Origin: an uncultured SAR86 cluster bacterium
Lineage (GTDB): Bacteria; Pseudomonadota; Gammaproteobacteria; Magnimaribacterales; AG-339-G14
Length of the DNA: 64,000 nucleotides
NCBI GenBank assembly: GCA_902596665.1
Contig: CACJUN010000001.1
Location: 391,935-455,934, forward strand
Reading direction: 5' to 3'
The notes beneath the pieces are model-generated. The model worked only from the letters and a program-made list of their open reading frames with translations, was not told where the DNA came from and made no database searches. Numbering within the stretch: the stretch's first letter is position 1; each line of letters starts with the position of its first letter. Position numbers and translations under genes: made by a program. Positions 39,530 to 49,834 of the stretch are shown here, in pieces.

Positions 39530-40549
39530 ATGACAATTTCAAACGAAATCATAAATAAAAAATGGGTTCTTAAAAAAAGGCCTATTGGAATGGCAAAGGA
39601 GTCTGATTTTGAACTGCAGGAAGAACAGATAGATGATATTTCTGAAAATGAAATTATTTTAAAAAATAAATTTATTTCTTTCGATCCTACTCAGCGAGGC
39701 TGGCTAAACGATGCTCCAGGATACCTTCCTCCAGTTCAAATAGATGAGGTTGTCAGAGCGATGGGTGTCGGTGAGGTAGTTGAGTCAAAGAACGATCAAT
39801 ATCAAGTTGGAGATTTAGTAATTGGTTTCACAGGCTGGCAATCCTATAACAAAACAGTACCTTCAGATACTGGAAGATTTCGAAAGCTAAGTGATAAATT
39901 TCCTATTCCAACAACATTAAATGTTCTTGGAGCTACGGGTATTACCGCCTATTACGGAATGGTTGAGCTTGGCCAAGTAAAAGCAGGTATGAATGTATTA
40001 GTGTCAGGTGCAGCCGGAGCAACCGGATCTGTGGCTGCTCAGATTGCGAAACTTAATGGCTGTAATGTTATCGGAATTGCAGGTGGAGAGAGCAAATGCA
40101 GCTGGCTAAAAAATGATTGCGGTCTAGATGAAGTTATCGATTATAAAAATTCTAATGTTGCTGATGAACTTAAAACAAAAGCTAAAAATGGAATAGATTT
40201 ATTTTTTGATAACGTTGGAGGGGAGATTTTAGAGTCAGCACTCAATCATATAAATTTAAATGCCAAAGTATTATTGTGTGGCGGTATTTCAGGATACAAC
40301 TCTACCGAACCCTTACCCGGCCCCAGAAATCTTATGAATTTAGTTATTAGAAGAGCAACTATAGAGGGTTTTTTAGTGATGGATTATTTACCAAATTCTC
40401 AAAAGGCCTTAGAACAATTGGAGGAATATCTCGAAAATAATCAATTGAAACATCAGGAAGATATCTTAACTGGAATCGAAAATTGTCCGGATGCTTTAAA
40501 TAGATTATTTACTGGCCAAAATATTGGCAAACAATTAGTAGAGGTCTAA
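39530..40549 (+). CDS. NADP-dependent alkenal/enone oxidoreductase (YncB/CurA, LTB4 dehydrogenase family)
   Basis: The GAAGATGSVAAQIAK motif and MDR fold without zinc sites are typical of the family. Confidence 0.8.
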   Translation: MTISNEIINKKWVLKKRPIGMAKESDFELQEEQIDDISENEIILKNKFISFDPTQRGWLNDAPGYLPPVQIDEVVRAMGVGEVVESKNDQYQVGDLVIGFTGWQSYNKTVPSDTGRFRKLSDKFPIPTTLNVLGATGITAYYGMVELGQVKAGMNVLVSGAAGATGSVAAQIAKLNGCNVIGIAGGESKCSWLKNDCGLDEVIDYKNSNVADELKTKAKNGIDLFFDNVGGEILESALNHINLNAKVLLCGGISGYNSTEPLPGPRNLMNLVIRRATIEGFLVMDYLPNSQKALEQLEEYLENNQLKHQEDILTGIENCPDALNRLFTGQNIGKQLVEV

Positions 40550-42477
40550 TTAAGATTTTCAGCTAGAAATCTTTCAATTTCTCTAAACATAACCAATCTG
40601 TTGCCTTGCTCATCAAAATAATGAGTAGCCTTTGGTATTTCAAAATATTCCACAGAATCGTTACTGTTTTTAATTTTGTTGTAAAACATTGAGGATTGAT
40701 TATGAGGAACCTGTGTATCGTAAGTTCCATGAATAAGCAAAATAGGTCGTTTAATTATATCTGTGTAATTAATTGCTGAAACTGAGTCTAAATATTCTTT
40801 ATCTTCAAAAGCATCACCATGCATTATTTTATTCATTTTTGCAGAACCCCTAAAAAATGTTTCAGATCTCAACAACTTTGTAAAATCTGAAATCCCTGCA
40901 ATACTCACAAAACATTTAAATCTATCCTGGGATTGAAAACTTCCTGTTAAAGCTGCATAACCTCCGTAACTTGCCCCAACTATGCATGCTTTTTTAGGAT
41001 TGAGATCATAATTTTGGACTACGTAATCAAAACCATCGATCATATCGTTTTGCATCTTCTTGCCGGATTCTCTGTAACCAGAGATTTGATAATCCTTACC
41101 CCATCCCGCTGAGCCTCTGAACTGAGGTTGGAAAACCGCATAACCTTGACTGACCATAGCTTGAAGCCAAGGATCAAAATAATCAATCCTATCTCTTGCA
41201 GTTGGTCCACCGTGAGGAAAAAGTATGATGGGAGCATTTTTGACTCCTTGTGGAATGGTTAAAAAACCATAAAGTTGATAATCATCGCGCGACTTATATT
41301 CAATAACTTTAGTAATAGAGTTAACTTTGTTTTCTAACTGTGGATACTGGCTAGAGATGAAAAAAGATTTGCCGGTTTTTTTATCGAATCCAAAATATTT
41401 ACCTGGCGAATTTGAATTGCGGATCGTTGCAATGAATCTAGAAAAGTCCTTACTGTAAGAACTAATATTAATGTAATGGCCTGGAAATGACTTTTTCAAA
41501 GATTTAATGATGCCATTTTCTTCAGGATCAAATAAATCGCACTCCCTCGTAAATCTCTCGTAGCAGACCATCTTAATCTCACCATCTTCAACTTCTAAAG
41601 ATGCAATTTCATGATCTTTCTTAGAGTAAATAGGCTTGCTTAATTTTCCAGTTTCAACGTTAAATTTTGAAATATATGAAAAATTACTATTGAAATTTGA
41701 GTATATAAATAAATTTCCATCTTTTTTATCAACGCCGCCAACGTAAAAATTATCGGTTGCAAGGTCTTCGGTGTTAGCCCTATAAATCTCAGTCCAACTA
41801 TCATCTTTATTAGGTCTATAGAAAATCTTAGCTATACCCTCATCTGAATCATAGAAATCCGCAAATTGAATCTTGCCCTCTGAAACAATGAAATTGGTAA
41901 CTCTGTCACCGTCAGAATCAGTGAATGGTGATTCAATTTTTTTAAATCTATTGTTCTTTAAATTAACTTCAAAAATAGCAACAGCTCTTTCTCTGGGGTC
42001 GTAGTTAGAGACCAATATTTTATTTTCTTCATCTTCTAAAATATCAACTAAGGAAATACTTTCGTATTTTGAAATATAAGAATTTTGCTTATCTTTATAT
42101 ATGGATTTATTTTCAATAATTTTAAAATTTGATCCATCTGAATCTATTGTATTCAGATCGTAAACTCTGAAGATTCTTTCTCTTGCTTTTTCCGCTTTAC
42201 TTGTTTGAAAGATAATTTTCTTATTATTAGCCCATTCTATCCATTCAAGTCGATCGTATTCATTTTTAAGTGATGCTATGGGGTTGAAATTAGTTGAGCC
42301 AAATTCTGTAACCACGATATAAGGCTTGCCTTCAATGTTGGCTAAAGCAGCAATTTTTTCTCCGTCAGGAGATATGATCACATTGCTAAAAAAAGGGAGC
42401 TTTCCAAAATCTTTGTAATCAAGAGCAACTGATGTCAGAGAAAAGATTATAAAAATTAATAAGATCGATTTTTTCAT
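40546..42477 (-). CDS. S9 family serine peptidase (prolyl oligopeptidase/dipeptidyl peptidase type), secreted
   Basis: Signal peptide, N-terminal propeller region, GASYGGY nucleophile elbow and a C-terminal HG..D block. Confidence 0.8.
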   Translation of the reverse strand: MKKSILLIFIIFSLTSVALDYKDFGKLPFFSNVIISPDGEKIAALANIEGKPYIVVTEFGSTNFNPIASLKNEYDRLEWIEWANNKKIIFQTSKAEKARERIFRVYDLNTIDSDGSNFKIIENKSIYKDKQNSYISKYESISLVDILEDEENKILVSNYDPRERAVAIFEVNLKNNRFKKIESPFTDSDGDRVTNFIVSEGKIQFADFYDSDEGIAKIFYRPNKDDSWTEIYRANTEDLATDNFYVGGVDKKDGNLFIYSNFNSNFSYISKFNVETGKLSKPIYSKKDHEIASLEVEDGEIKMVCYERFTRECDLFDPEENGIIKSLKKSFPGHYINISSYSKDFSRFIATIRNSNSPGKYFGFDKKTGKSFFISSQYPQLENKVNSITKVIEYKSRDDYQLYGFLTIPQGVKNAPIILFPHGGPTARDRIDYFDPWLQAMVSQGYAVFQPQFRGSAGWGKDYQISGYRESGKKMQNDMIDGFDYVVQNYDLNPKKACIVGASYGGYAALTGSFQSQDRFKCFVSIAGISDFTKLLRSETFFRGSAKMNKIMHGDAFEDKEYLDSVSAINYTDIIKRPILLIHGTYDTQVPHNQSSMFYNKIKNSNDSVEYFEIPKATHYFDEQGNRLVMFREIERFLAENLN

Positions 42478-42501
42478 GAGCGAATTCTATCAAATTATTT
42501 T

Positions 42502-43725
42502 TTATGATGAAGCTCTAAGTTTGCCCAGCTCTTCTCTTGCAATCGTTCTTCTGTGTACTTCATCCGGACCGTCTCCAATTCGAAGATACCTTGTTGATTG
42601 GTATAGGCCTGCCAGAATAGTATCTTGTGAGACGCCTTCTCCTCCGTGAATTTGAATAGCAGCATCAATTATCTTAACCGCCATTGAAGGGACTGAAACT
42701 TTGATTTGAGCTATCTCACTCCTGGCAATTTTATTACCTACTTCATCCATCATGTATGCAGCTCTCAGAGTAGATAATCTAGCCATTTCTAGATCTATCC
42801 GACAATTTGCAATTACATCGTAATTCCCCCCAAGTTCTGCTAATGGTTTACCAAATGCTTTTCGATTAAGAGAACGTTTACATAACAACTCTAATGCTCT
42901 CTCAGCAAGACCGATAATTCTCATGCAATGATGAATTCTTCCTGGACCGAGCCTCCCTTGGGCTATTTCAAATCCTCTGCCCTCTCCTAAAATAATATTT
43001 TCTTTTGGAACTCTTACGTTTTTAAACTCAAGATGCCCATGGCCATGCGGCGCATGATCTGCCCCATAAACGGTTAGATATCTTTTTAGTTTTATTCCAG
43101 GTGAATCGTAAGGAACAATAATCTGAGATTGACGTTGATGTTTTGGGCTATCAGGATTGCTAACACCCATAAAAATTAAAAACTTACAGTTTGGATGGCC
43201 AACACCTGAAGCCCACCATTTTTCTCCATTGATAACGTAATGGTCGCCATCTAATTCTATGGTCGAGGAGATATTTGTAGCATCAGATGAAGCTACGTTT
43301 GGTTCAGTCATAGCAAAACATGACCTTATCTCTCCCTCTAAAAGAGGCTTTAGCCATTTATCTTTTTGCTCTTCACTGCCATACCTTTCTAAGACTTCCA
43401 TGTTTCCTGTATCTGGAGCAGAACAATTAAAAACTTCAGAAGACCACCCCACTCTTCCCATAATTTCAGCAAGAGGTGCGTATTCAAGATTAGTCAGACC
43501 GTAACCATATTCACTCGTGGGAAGAAAGAAGTTCCAAAGGTCTTTCTCTTTGGCAATTTTTTTTAGTTCTTCAACAATTGGAACTGTCTGCCAAGGATTT
43601 CCTTTTTCTCTAAATTCTAAAACTTGTGATACATATGTTGATTCATTTGGGTAAATAAATTCATCCATAAAGGAATTAAGTTTTTCAATGAGTTCCTGAG
43701 TTTTTCCTGAGTGATGAAAATACAT
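42502..43725 (-). CDS. acyl-CoA dehydrogenase family protein
   Basis: CFAMTEP and [12 protein letters not shown] blocks; about 400 aa with ACAD architecture. Confidence 0.85.
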   Translation of the reverse strand: MYFHHSGKTQELIEKLNSFMDEFIYPNESTYVSQVLEFREKGNPWQTVPIVEELKKIAKEKDLWNFFLPTSEYGYGLTNLEYAPLAEIMGRVGWSSEVFNCSAPDTGNMEVLERYGSEEQKDKWLKPLLEGEIRSCFAMTEPNVASSDATNISSTIELDGDHYVINGEKWWASGVGHPNCKFLIFMGVSNPDSPKHQRQSQIIVPYDSPGIKLKRYLTVYGADHAPHGHGHLEFKNVRVPKENIILGEGRGFEIAQGRLGPGRIHHCMRIIGLAERALELLCKRSLNRKAFGKPLAELGGNYDVIANCRIDLEMARLSTLRAAYMMDEVGNKIARSEIAQIKVSVPSMAVKIIDAAIQIHGGEGVSQDTILAGLYQSTRYLRIGDGPDEVHRRTIAREELGKLRASS

Positions 43726-43794
43726 TTTTAGATTCCAACAGTTACTTTGATAAGATTATTCCAACAACAAAATTAATTAGATAGGTAGGTTAAT

Positions 43795-45084
43795 ATGGAT
43801 TTAAAAGAATTAGCAAGTAAAGCGATCAAGGGAGAATTGGACTTAACTTTCGAACATCATCCTGTACATTCTTTTGTCGATGGCTCTACAGAAATCCAAG
43901 ATAATCTTTTGGCTTTTAAAGGGATAGCTGGTTTCTTTGTTCTAGATACAGGATCCGGATTAGTCATGCTTGATGCAGGTCATATTATTGATATTGAACG
44001 AGCTTATGAAGAAATTAGAAAATGGCGACCCAATGAACCTTTAGTTGCAGCTATATTTACTCATCATCATGTCGATCATATCTTTGCCGTTGAAAAATTT
44101 GATGAGGAGGCTTTATCTGATGGCAATGATAGACCAATAGTGTATGCAAACAAATTAATGCCAGAACATTTTGATAGATACTTAAAAACACTTGGCTGGA
44201 ATACGGCAATTAACAGAAGACAGTTTGCGATTAACGTACCGCATTTTACCTGGCCAGAAAAATACCGATATCCAGATGTTTTAGTAGAAAGTAAAACAAG
44301 TTTTACAGTTGGCGATACAGAATTTTTGCTTAACCCTGCTAGAGGTGAAACTGATGATCATTTGTGGGCTTTTATTCCAAAAGAAAAAATATTACTACCT
44401 GGCGATTTATTTATATGGGCTGTACCAAACGGGGGTAATCCTCAAAAAGTTCAAAGATATGTTTCTGATTGGGCTGATGCCTTAAGAGAGATGAGTAAAC
44501 TAGAAGCTGAAATAATGCTGCCAGGTCATGGTTATCCAATGTTTGGAAAAGATAATATACAGAAGGCATTGACTACCACGGCGGAATTTCTTGATGATAT
44601 AGAAAATCAAGTTATGGAACTAATGAATCAAGGTAAAACTTTAAATTTTATTATTCATAAAGTTAGTTTTAAAAAAGAACTAATGGAATTACCTTGGTTG
44701 AAACCAGTTTATGACGATCCTGAGTTTTTAATAAGAATGATTTGGCGTCGTTACGGAGGCTGGTGGGAAGGTGAATATGATCGATTGTTTCCAGCTAAAA
44801 GATCTAGTGAAGCATCCTTGTGGATTGATCTCGTTGGTTCACTAGATACTGTAGTCTCAAAAGCTATCGAATTAAGCAATGAAGAAGATCATAGGTTAGC
44901 GGCACATTTAATTGAAACCGCTTTTTACTCTGACCCAAGCAACAGCAAAGTACATGAAGCAAGAGATAAAATTTATGCTAATTTCTCACAAAGACAAACA
45001 TCTTCAATGGGAAGAAATATATTGAACCATGCATCTTTGGCTAGCAAAGAAGGTTTAAGAGACTTAGCAGAACAGAAAGACTAA
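43795..45084 (+). CDS. MBL-fold hydrolase with alkyl-sulfatase-like dimerisation region (lacks the SCP2 tail)
   Basis: THHHVDH metal motif. The C-terminal helical region resembles the middle domain of SdsA1/BDS1-type sulfatases. Confidence 0.6.
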   Translation: MDLKELASKAIKGELDLTFEHHPVHSFVDGSTEIQDNLLAFKGIAGFFVLDTGSGLVMLDAGHIIDIERAYEEIRKWRPNEPLVAAIFTHHHVDHIFAVEKFDEEALSDGNDRPIVYANKLMPEHFDRYLKTLGWNTAINRRQFAINVPHFTWPEKYRYPDVLVESKTSFTVGDTEFLLNPARGETDDHLWAFIPKEKILLPGDLFIWAVPNGGNPQKVQRYVSDWADALREMSKLEAEIMLPGHGYPMFGKDNIQKALTTTAEFLDDIENQVMELMNQGKTLNFIIHKVSFKKELMELPWLKPVYDDPEFLIRMIWRRYGGWWEGEYDRLFPAKRSSEASLWIDLVGSLDTVVSKAIELSNEEDHRLAAHLIETAFYSDPSNSKVHEARDKIYANFSQRQTSSMGRNILNHASLASKEGLRDLAEQKD

Positions 45085-45248
45085 CTAGATCCTAAATCAA
45101 TCGCCTCTTTCATAACGACTATTGGTATATCATTTTTTATAGGGAAAGCGATATTCCCAGTTGGGCATATAAGCTTGTCTTCTTCTAATAAGAGTTCTCC
45201 TTTGCATCTGGGACATACAAGGATATCGAGAAGTTTCTTTGAAATCAT
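45081..45248 (-). CDS. Trm112/YcaR (UPF0434) family small zinc-ribbon-like protein
   Basis: Not in the ORF track (55 aa): MISKKLLDILVCPRCKGELLLEEDKLICPTGNIAFPIKNDIPIVVMKEAIDLGSS. It has the canonical LL.ILVCP..KG.L pattern. Confidence 0.8.
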   Translation of the reverse strand: MISKKLLDILVCPRCKGELLLEEDKLICPTGNIAFPIKNDIPIVVMKEAIDLGSS

Positions 45249-45329
45249 ATGAATTAAAGCTTTATTTTCTCTAAAAATAAGCTAGATTAATAACTAATAT
45301 AAGTAACCCTTAATTTTGGAGAAAGATTA

Positions 45330-45734
45330 ATGAAATTATATAAGATTTTAACCATTGGTATTCTTACTTTTGTCTCGTTTAATGCTTTAGCTCAGCAAAA
45401 TTCAACAGTTCCAGCTGAAGTGTGGATGTGTGAACTGAATCAAGGATATTCGATGGATGACGTAAGAAAGGTTTCAAGCGATGTTCAAAAATTTGCAAAG
45501 ATGAATGACATGAAAAGTGCTCAGTGGATTTTTACCACCTTCATGGGTGATATGAATCCTAATGGCTTTGCATTAATGACAGCTTGGACTGATTTCTCAA
45601 TGATGGGAAATGGATTCCAAGATTTTTTTCTTGGCGGTGAAGGAGATAAAATCTTTTCACAATGGCTAAAAGTTGCTACTTGCAGCGAGAGAAATCTCGT
45701 TCTTGTAGAAAATACTTTTAATTCAATGAACTAA
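45330..45734 (+). CDS. secreted Met-rich single-domain protein with a conserved Cys pair, unknown family
   Basis: Signal peptide ending ALA|QQ. The mature protein has exactly two Cys (C34, C118) and about 8% Met. Confidence 0.6.
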   Translation: MKLYKILTIGILTFVSFNALAQQNSTVPAEVWMCELNQGYSMDDVRKVSSDVQKFAKMNDMKSAQWIFTTFMGDMNPNGFALMTAWTDFSMMGNGFQDFFLGGEGDKIFSQWLKVATCSERNLVLVENTFNSMN

Positions 45735-45754
45735 AAATAAATAGGAGATTTATT

Positions 45755-46528
45755 ATGAAGAAAATATTACTTATTTTGGTAATGCTAAGTACAGGTTATG
45801 CATTTTCACAAAGCATGCCTCCTACTTTTCCTGTTGAAATGTACTATGGATGCACCTATGAAAAAGGTAAAGACATAGAAGATTTAATGGCAGTGGGTGA
45901 AGACTGGAGAGAATGGCAAGAGGAAAATGATCCTGTTGGACGCGAGAATTACAATGCTTGGGTTTTTACAGCCGACTTTGCTGGTGCATCCTTACATGGA
46001 ACATCAATGTGGTTTGGCATGTCTAATAATTGGAAAAACTTTATGAAGTCACACTTTAATTGGGTAAGAAATGGAGCTGACATGTCGAAAAAATTTGAGA
46101 AGGTGATGGGTCCTTCTAATTGCATGGGTCATTTAATGGGGCTTATGTTTCCTACTAAGCAAGCAGAAGGATGGGAACCGATTGATGTAAGACCTATCTT
46201 CACCTCTTTGTGTACTGCCAAAGAAAATACTTCCTTGATGGATTTCAATTCAGCCTATTCAAAAATGAATGCATTTTTAGATGCAGGCGGTATGGCTAAT
46301 AAAGTAGCTATGTTCAATATCTTTCCAGTTGCTGGTCAAACTAGTGATTATGATTTTGCAACGATGATGGTCCTTAAGGATGACGAAGCGTTAGGAGAGT
46401 TAGCAACTTTGATGTCTACTGGTGGAGCAGCTATGCAAAGCTCATTATTTGAACCTCTTCAAGAGTGTGTTCAAAATTCTATGATGTTGTCTTCTCCACT
46501 TCCGGGAAACACAAATTGGAACGAATAA
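45755..46528 (+). CDS. secreted Met-rich two-domain paralog of 45330..45734
   Basis: Signal peptide ending AFS|QS, with two tandem copies of the same roughly 115-aa domain. It has four Cys arranged as two N/C pairs and about 9% Met. Confidence 0.6.
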   Translation: MKKILLILVMLSTGYAFSQSMPPTFPVEMYYGCTYEKGKDIEDLMAVGEDWREWQEENDPVGRENYNAWVFTADFAGASLHGTSMWFGMSNNWKNFMKSHFNWVRNGADMSKKFEKVMGPSNCMGHLMGLMFPTKQAEGWEPIDVRPIFTSLCTAKENTSLMDFNSAYSKMNAFLDAGGMANKVAMFNIFPVAGQTSDYDFATMMVLKDDEALGELATLMSTGGAAMQSSLFEPLQECVQNSMMLSSPLPGNTNWNE

Positions 46529-46539
46529 AGATTTGTACC

Positions 46540-46571
46540 AAAAAAAAGGAGCTCAGTGAGCTCCTTTTTTT
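46540..46571. terminator. bidirectional rho-independent terminator
   Basis: GGAGCTC (46548..46554), loop AGT, GAGCTCC (46558..46564), flanked by A8 and a T-run. It lies between convergent genes and overlaps the gltX stop. Confidence 0.8.
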
Positions 46572-47931
46572 ATTTTAGATACTCCTTAATCCTTTGTTTC
46601 GACTCTTCATTCCCTAAAAGATATATTAGCTCACCTATACCTGGAGCATTAGTTCTTCCGGTTAATGCGTATCTTAAAGGTTTACCTAACTGAGGAAATT
46701 TAAGATCATTGTTATTAATATAGTCTTTTAGTCTTAGACTGATAGACTCTAAATTTTCATCTTTAGAAAAATCATAGTTATCGAAAAAATCTTTAATAAT
46801 TTTTTTATTTTCTTCGCTGGCTAATGAATCCGACTTATCTATTGAGGGCCTTTTAACAAACATATCAAAGTTTTCCTCAATTTCTTTTAAACTTTTTGCT
46901 CCTACTTTTAGAACATCGATTATGCTGTGAATGTTTTTAAAGTTCTCATTTATATTGGTTCCAATCTCACTTAATAATTTAAGTAAAGTTGAACTATCCA
47001 TTTCCTTCAAATATTCATTGTTGTACCAATCTAATAGTTGGAGTGAAAATTTCGATGGTGAAGAATTAACATCTGATAAATCAAAAAAATCTAAAAGTTC
47101 ATTCATTGTAAATTTTTCAACTTCATCTTTTGCCCACCCTAGTCTGACTATGTAATTCAATAAGGCTCCGCTTAAATATCCCTCAGATTTATAGTCCATT
47201 ATGTCTAAAGCACCGTCTCTTTTAGATAGCCTTTTTCCTGACTCTGATAAAACCATAGGAAGATGAGCATAGTTAGGAAGATTTCCTTCAAGAGACTTGA
47301 TTATGTTGAGTTGCTTAATAGTATTAGTTAAGTGATCGTCTCCTCGAATAACCGTTGATATTTTCATATCAAGGTCATCTACTGCCGCACAAAAATTATA
47401 GGTAGGAGTTCCGTCTGCTCTTAAGATAATAAAATCATCTAATTCTCTATTATCTACGGTGATGTCGCCAAGAATTAGATCTTCAAATGAAGTTGAAGCA
47501 TCAGGCATTTTATAGCGAAGAACATTTTTTCCTTCGTATTCTAAATTTTTCTCCCTGCTTCGCCCGTCATACATTGGTTTTTGTTTATTTTTTATCTGAG
47601 TAGCACGAAGTTCTTCCAACTCCTCAATTGAACAATCACAATAATAAGCTTCGCCTTTCTCAAATAGAGATAATGCTAAAGATTTATGTCTCTCTAAATT
47701 TCTAGACTGATGTACTGGCTCCTCGTCTGGATTTAAATTAAGCCATTCTAATGATTTTAAAATTGAGTCTTTGAATTCATCTTTAGATCTCTCTATATCA
47801 GTATCCTCGAATCGAAGAAGGAATTGGCCACCTTTAGATTTTGCGAATAGCCAAGAAAACAATGCTGTTCTGGCGCCACCAATATGCAAATGGCCAGTTG
47901 GACTTGGCGCAAATCTAGTTCTCTCTGTCAT
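46570..47931 (-). CDS. gltX: glutamate--tRNA ligase
   Basis: HIGGARTAL (HIGH motif) and KRLSKR (KMSKS motif). Confidence 0.95.
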   Translation of the reverse strand: MTERTRFAPSPTGHLHIGGARTALFSWLFAKSKGGQFLLRFEDTDIERSKDEFKDSILKSLEWLNLNPDEEPVHQSRNLERHKSLALSLFEKGEAYYCDCSIEELEELRATQIKNKQKPMYDGRSREKNLEYEGKNVLRYKMPDASTSFEDLILGDITVDNRELDDFIILRADGTPTYNFCAAVDDLDMKISTVIRGDDHLTNTIKQLNIIKSLEGNLPNYAHLPMVLSESGKRLSKRDGALDIMDYKSEGYLSGALLNYIVRLGWAKDEVEKFTMNELLDFFDLSDVNSSPSKFSLQLLDWYNNEYLKEMDSSTLLKLLSEIGTNINENFKNIHSIIDVLKVGAKSLKEIEENFDMFVKRPSIDKSDSLASEENKKIIKDFFDNYDFSKDENLESISLRLKDYINNNDLKFPQLGKPLRYALTGRTNAPGIGELIYLLGNEESKQRIKEYLK

Positions 47932-48590
47932 TCTCTGATGGATTTTAGGTAATTAAGATGTTGGTTCGATTCTTCCTGAGAGACACTTACCATGAAGACT
48001 TTCTTTTCTTTTGACTCGCTTATCGTATTTCCTGATTGAGATATTTCTTGGCTAAATCCTATGCTGGTCTGCCCTCCAGTCATGGACAAATATACATCTG
48101 CTAGAATTTTAGAATCTAATAATGCCCCATGATAATTTCTATCGTAACCATGGATTTGATACCTATCCACAAGGGCATCTAAACTATTTCTTTGGCCTGG
48201 ATGCATAGCCCTTGCCAATTGAAGAGTATCAACAATATTTGAAGAAACAGTTTCAATCGTAGGATAGTCAGATTGTAAAATATTTATTTCATTATTGAGA
48301 AACCCTAAATCAAATTCTGCATTATGCATAAGAACTTCAGCATCCTCTAAAAAAGTAAGTAAATCTTCTGCTATATCTGAGAAAAAAGGTTTATCTGACA
48401 GAAATTCTTTAGATAGACCATGGACTGCTACTGCTCCGGGATCTATATCTCTTTCTGGATTTAGATAAAAATGTAATTCATTGCCAGTAAATTTCCTGTC
48501 AATGATTTCAGTGCATCCTATTTCAATCACTCTATGACCATTGGAAACATCTAGCCCTGTGGTTTCTGTATCTAATGTTATTTGTCTCAT
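47928..48590 (-). CDS. dnaQ: DNA polymerase III subunit epsilon (3'-5' exonuclease)
   Basis: Exo I LDTETTG, Exo II HNAEFD and Exo III HGALLDSKILADVY. Confidence 0.9.
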   Translation of the reverse strand: MRQITLDTETTGLDVSNGHRVIEIGCTEIIDRKFTGNELHFYLNPERDIDPGAVAVHGLSKEFLSDKPFFSDIAEDLLTFLEDAEVLMHNAEFDLGFLNNEINILQSDYPTIETVSSNIVDTLQLARAMHPGQRNSLDALVDRYQIHGYDRNYHGALLDSKILADVYLSMTGGQTSIGFSQEISQSGNTISESKEKKVFMVSVSQEESNQHLNYLKSIRE

Positions 48591-49015
48591 TTGAGTAATA
48601 TGCCTTTATTTGCTAAAAAATCTGCTCTCTCATTCTCAGGGTGACCGCTATGAGCTTTTACCCAATTCCAAGATACATTTAACGTATTTGATAAATCGTC
48701 CAATCTTTTCCATAAATCTGAATTTTTAACTTCCTTTTTTGAAGCTGTCCTCCAATTATTTAATTTCCAATTATTAATCCAACTGGTGATGCCTTGTTGA
48801 AGATACATAGAATCAGTATAAATTGTTACTTCTTTTTTTTCTCTTATAGCTTCTAAGGCTTTTATAGCAGCAAGAAGTTCCATCCTGTTATTTGTGGTAT
48901 TTTCTTCATAGCCAAATATCTCTTCTTCGTTATCAGGATAGATGATTAAGGCACCCCAACCACCATCGCCTGGGTTACCTTTGCAAGCTCCGTCTGTATA
49001 AATTTTAATACTCAA
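48587..49015 (-). CDS. rnhA: ribonuclease HI
   Basis: IYTDGACKGNPGDGGWG and NNRMEL motifs with the DEDD residues in place. Confidence 0.95.
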   Translation of the reverse strand: MSIKIYTDGACKGNPGDGGWGALIIYPDNEEEIFGYEENTTNNRMELLAAIKALEAIREKKEVTIYTDSMYLQQGITSWINNWKLNNWRTASKKEVKNSDLWKRLDDLSNTLNVSWNWVKAHSGHPENERADFLANKGILLK

Positions 49016-49065
49016 ATCAAATCTAGATAAAAAATTCTGATTACAAATGGTAAAATTACGTTTCT

Positions 49066-49827
49066 ATGAATATTTTACCTCTGCCAGCTTTTACTGATAA
49101 TTATATATGGCTTATTGAAGAAAATGGAAAAGCAACAGTAGTTGATCCAGGAGATGCAGAAGTCGTTAATAATTGTTTAAAAGAAAAAAATTTAGAACTA
49201 GAGAACATCCTAATCACCCATCATCACTTTGATCATACTGGTGGGGTAAAACAACTAAAAGAAACTCATGGGTGCAATGTTTATGGGCCTCATGACTCAC
49301 CTTTTAACGGAGTAGAAATAAAATTAAAAGAAAACGATGAAATTTCAATTCATGGTTCAACTTTTAAAATCATCGAAGTCCCTGGTCATACCTTAGATCA
49401 TATTGCTTATTATTCTGAAAAACAAAATACTTTATTTTGCGGTGATACTTTATTTTCAGGTGGTTGCGGAAGGATATTTGAAGGAACACCAGATCAAATG
49501 TATGAATCTTTATCTAAATTATCAGTACTAGATTTATCCACGAAAATTTACTGTACTCATGAATATACTCAAAGTAATTTAGATTTTGCAATTAAAGTAG
49601 AGCCAGGTAACGACAATCTTGTTGAATATAAAAATAAAATAGACGAAAAAAGATCAAATAATGAGATTTCCCTCCCCACTAATTTGAAGTTAGAAAAAAA
49701 CATAAATCCTTTTTTAAGATCTCATGTTGAAGAGATCAAGGAGAATGTTAAAGATTTTGCTAAAATAAATCACCCTTCTGACTTAGAAACATTTACGGCT
49801 GTTAGATCATTAAAAGATAATAGTTAA
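49066..49827 (+). CDS. gloB: hydroxyacylglutathione hydrolase (glyoxalase II)
   Basis: FTDNYIW and THHHFDHTGG motifs. It is divergent from rnhA, as in enterobacterial synteny. Confidence 0.9.
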   Translation: MNILPLPAFTDNYIWLIEENGKATVVDPGDAEVVNNCLKEKNLELENILITHHHFDHTGGVKQLKETHGCNVYGPHDSPFNGVEIKLKENDEISIHGSTFKIIEVPGHTLDHIAYYSEKQNTLFCGDTLFSGGCGRIFEGTPDQMYESLSKLSVLDLSTKIYCTHEYTQSNLDFAIKVEPGNDNLVEYKNKIDEKRSNNEISLPTNLKLEKNINPFLRSHVEEIKENVKDFAKINHPSDLETFTAVRSLKDNS

Positions 49828-49834
49828 TTAAAAA

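Noticed and set aside
39471-39542. A 24-aa hydrophobic N-terminal extension of the TauD-family ORF that overlaps the divergent oxidoreductase gene.
   Set aside because: TauD enzymes are soluble and normally begin close to the ...GAxIxGxDL block. The internal ATG at 39470 (MKVTKNIDSYNFGAKIEGLDL) fits that and removes a 13-nt divergent overlap. This is not proven.
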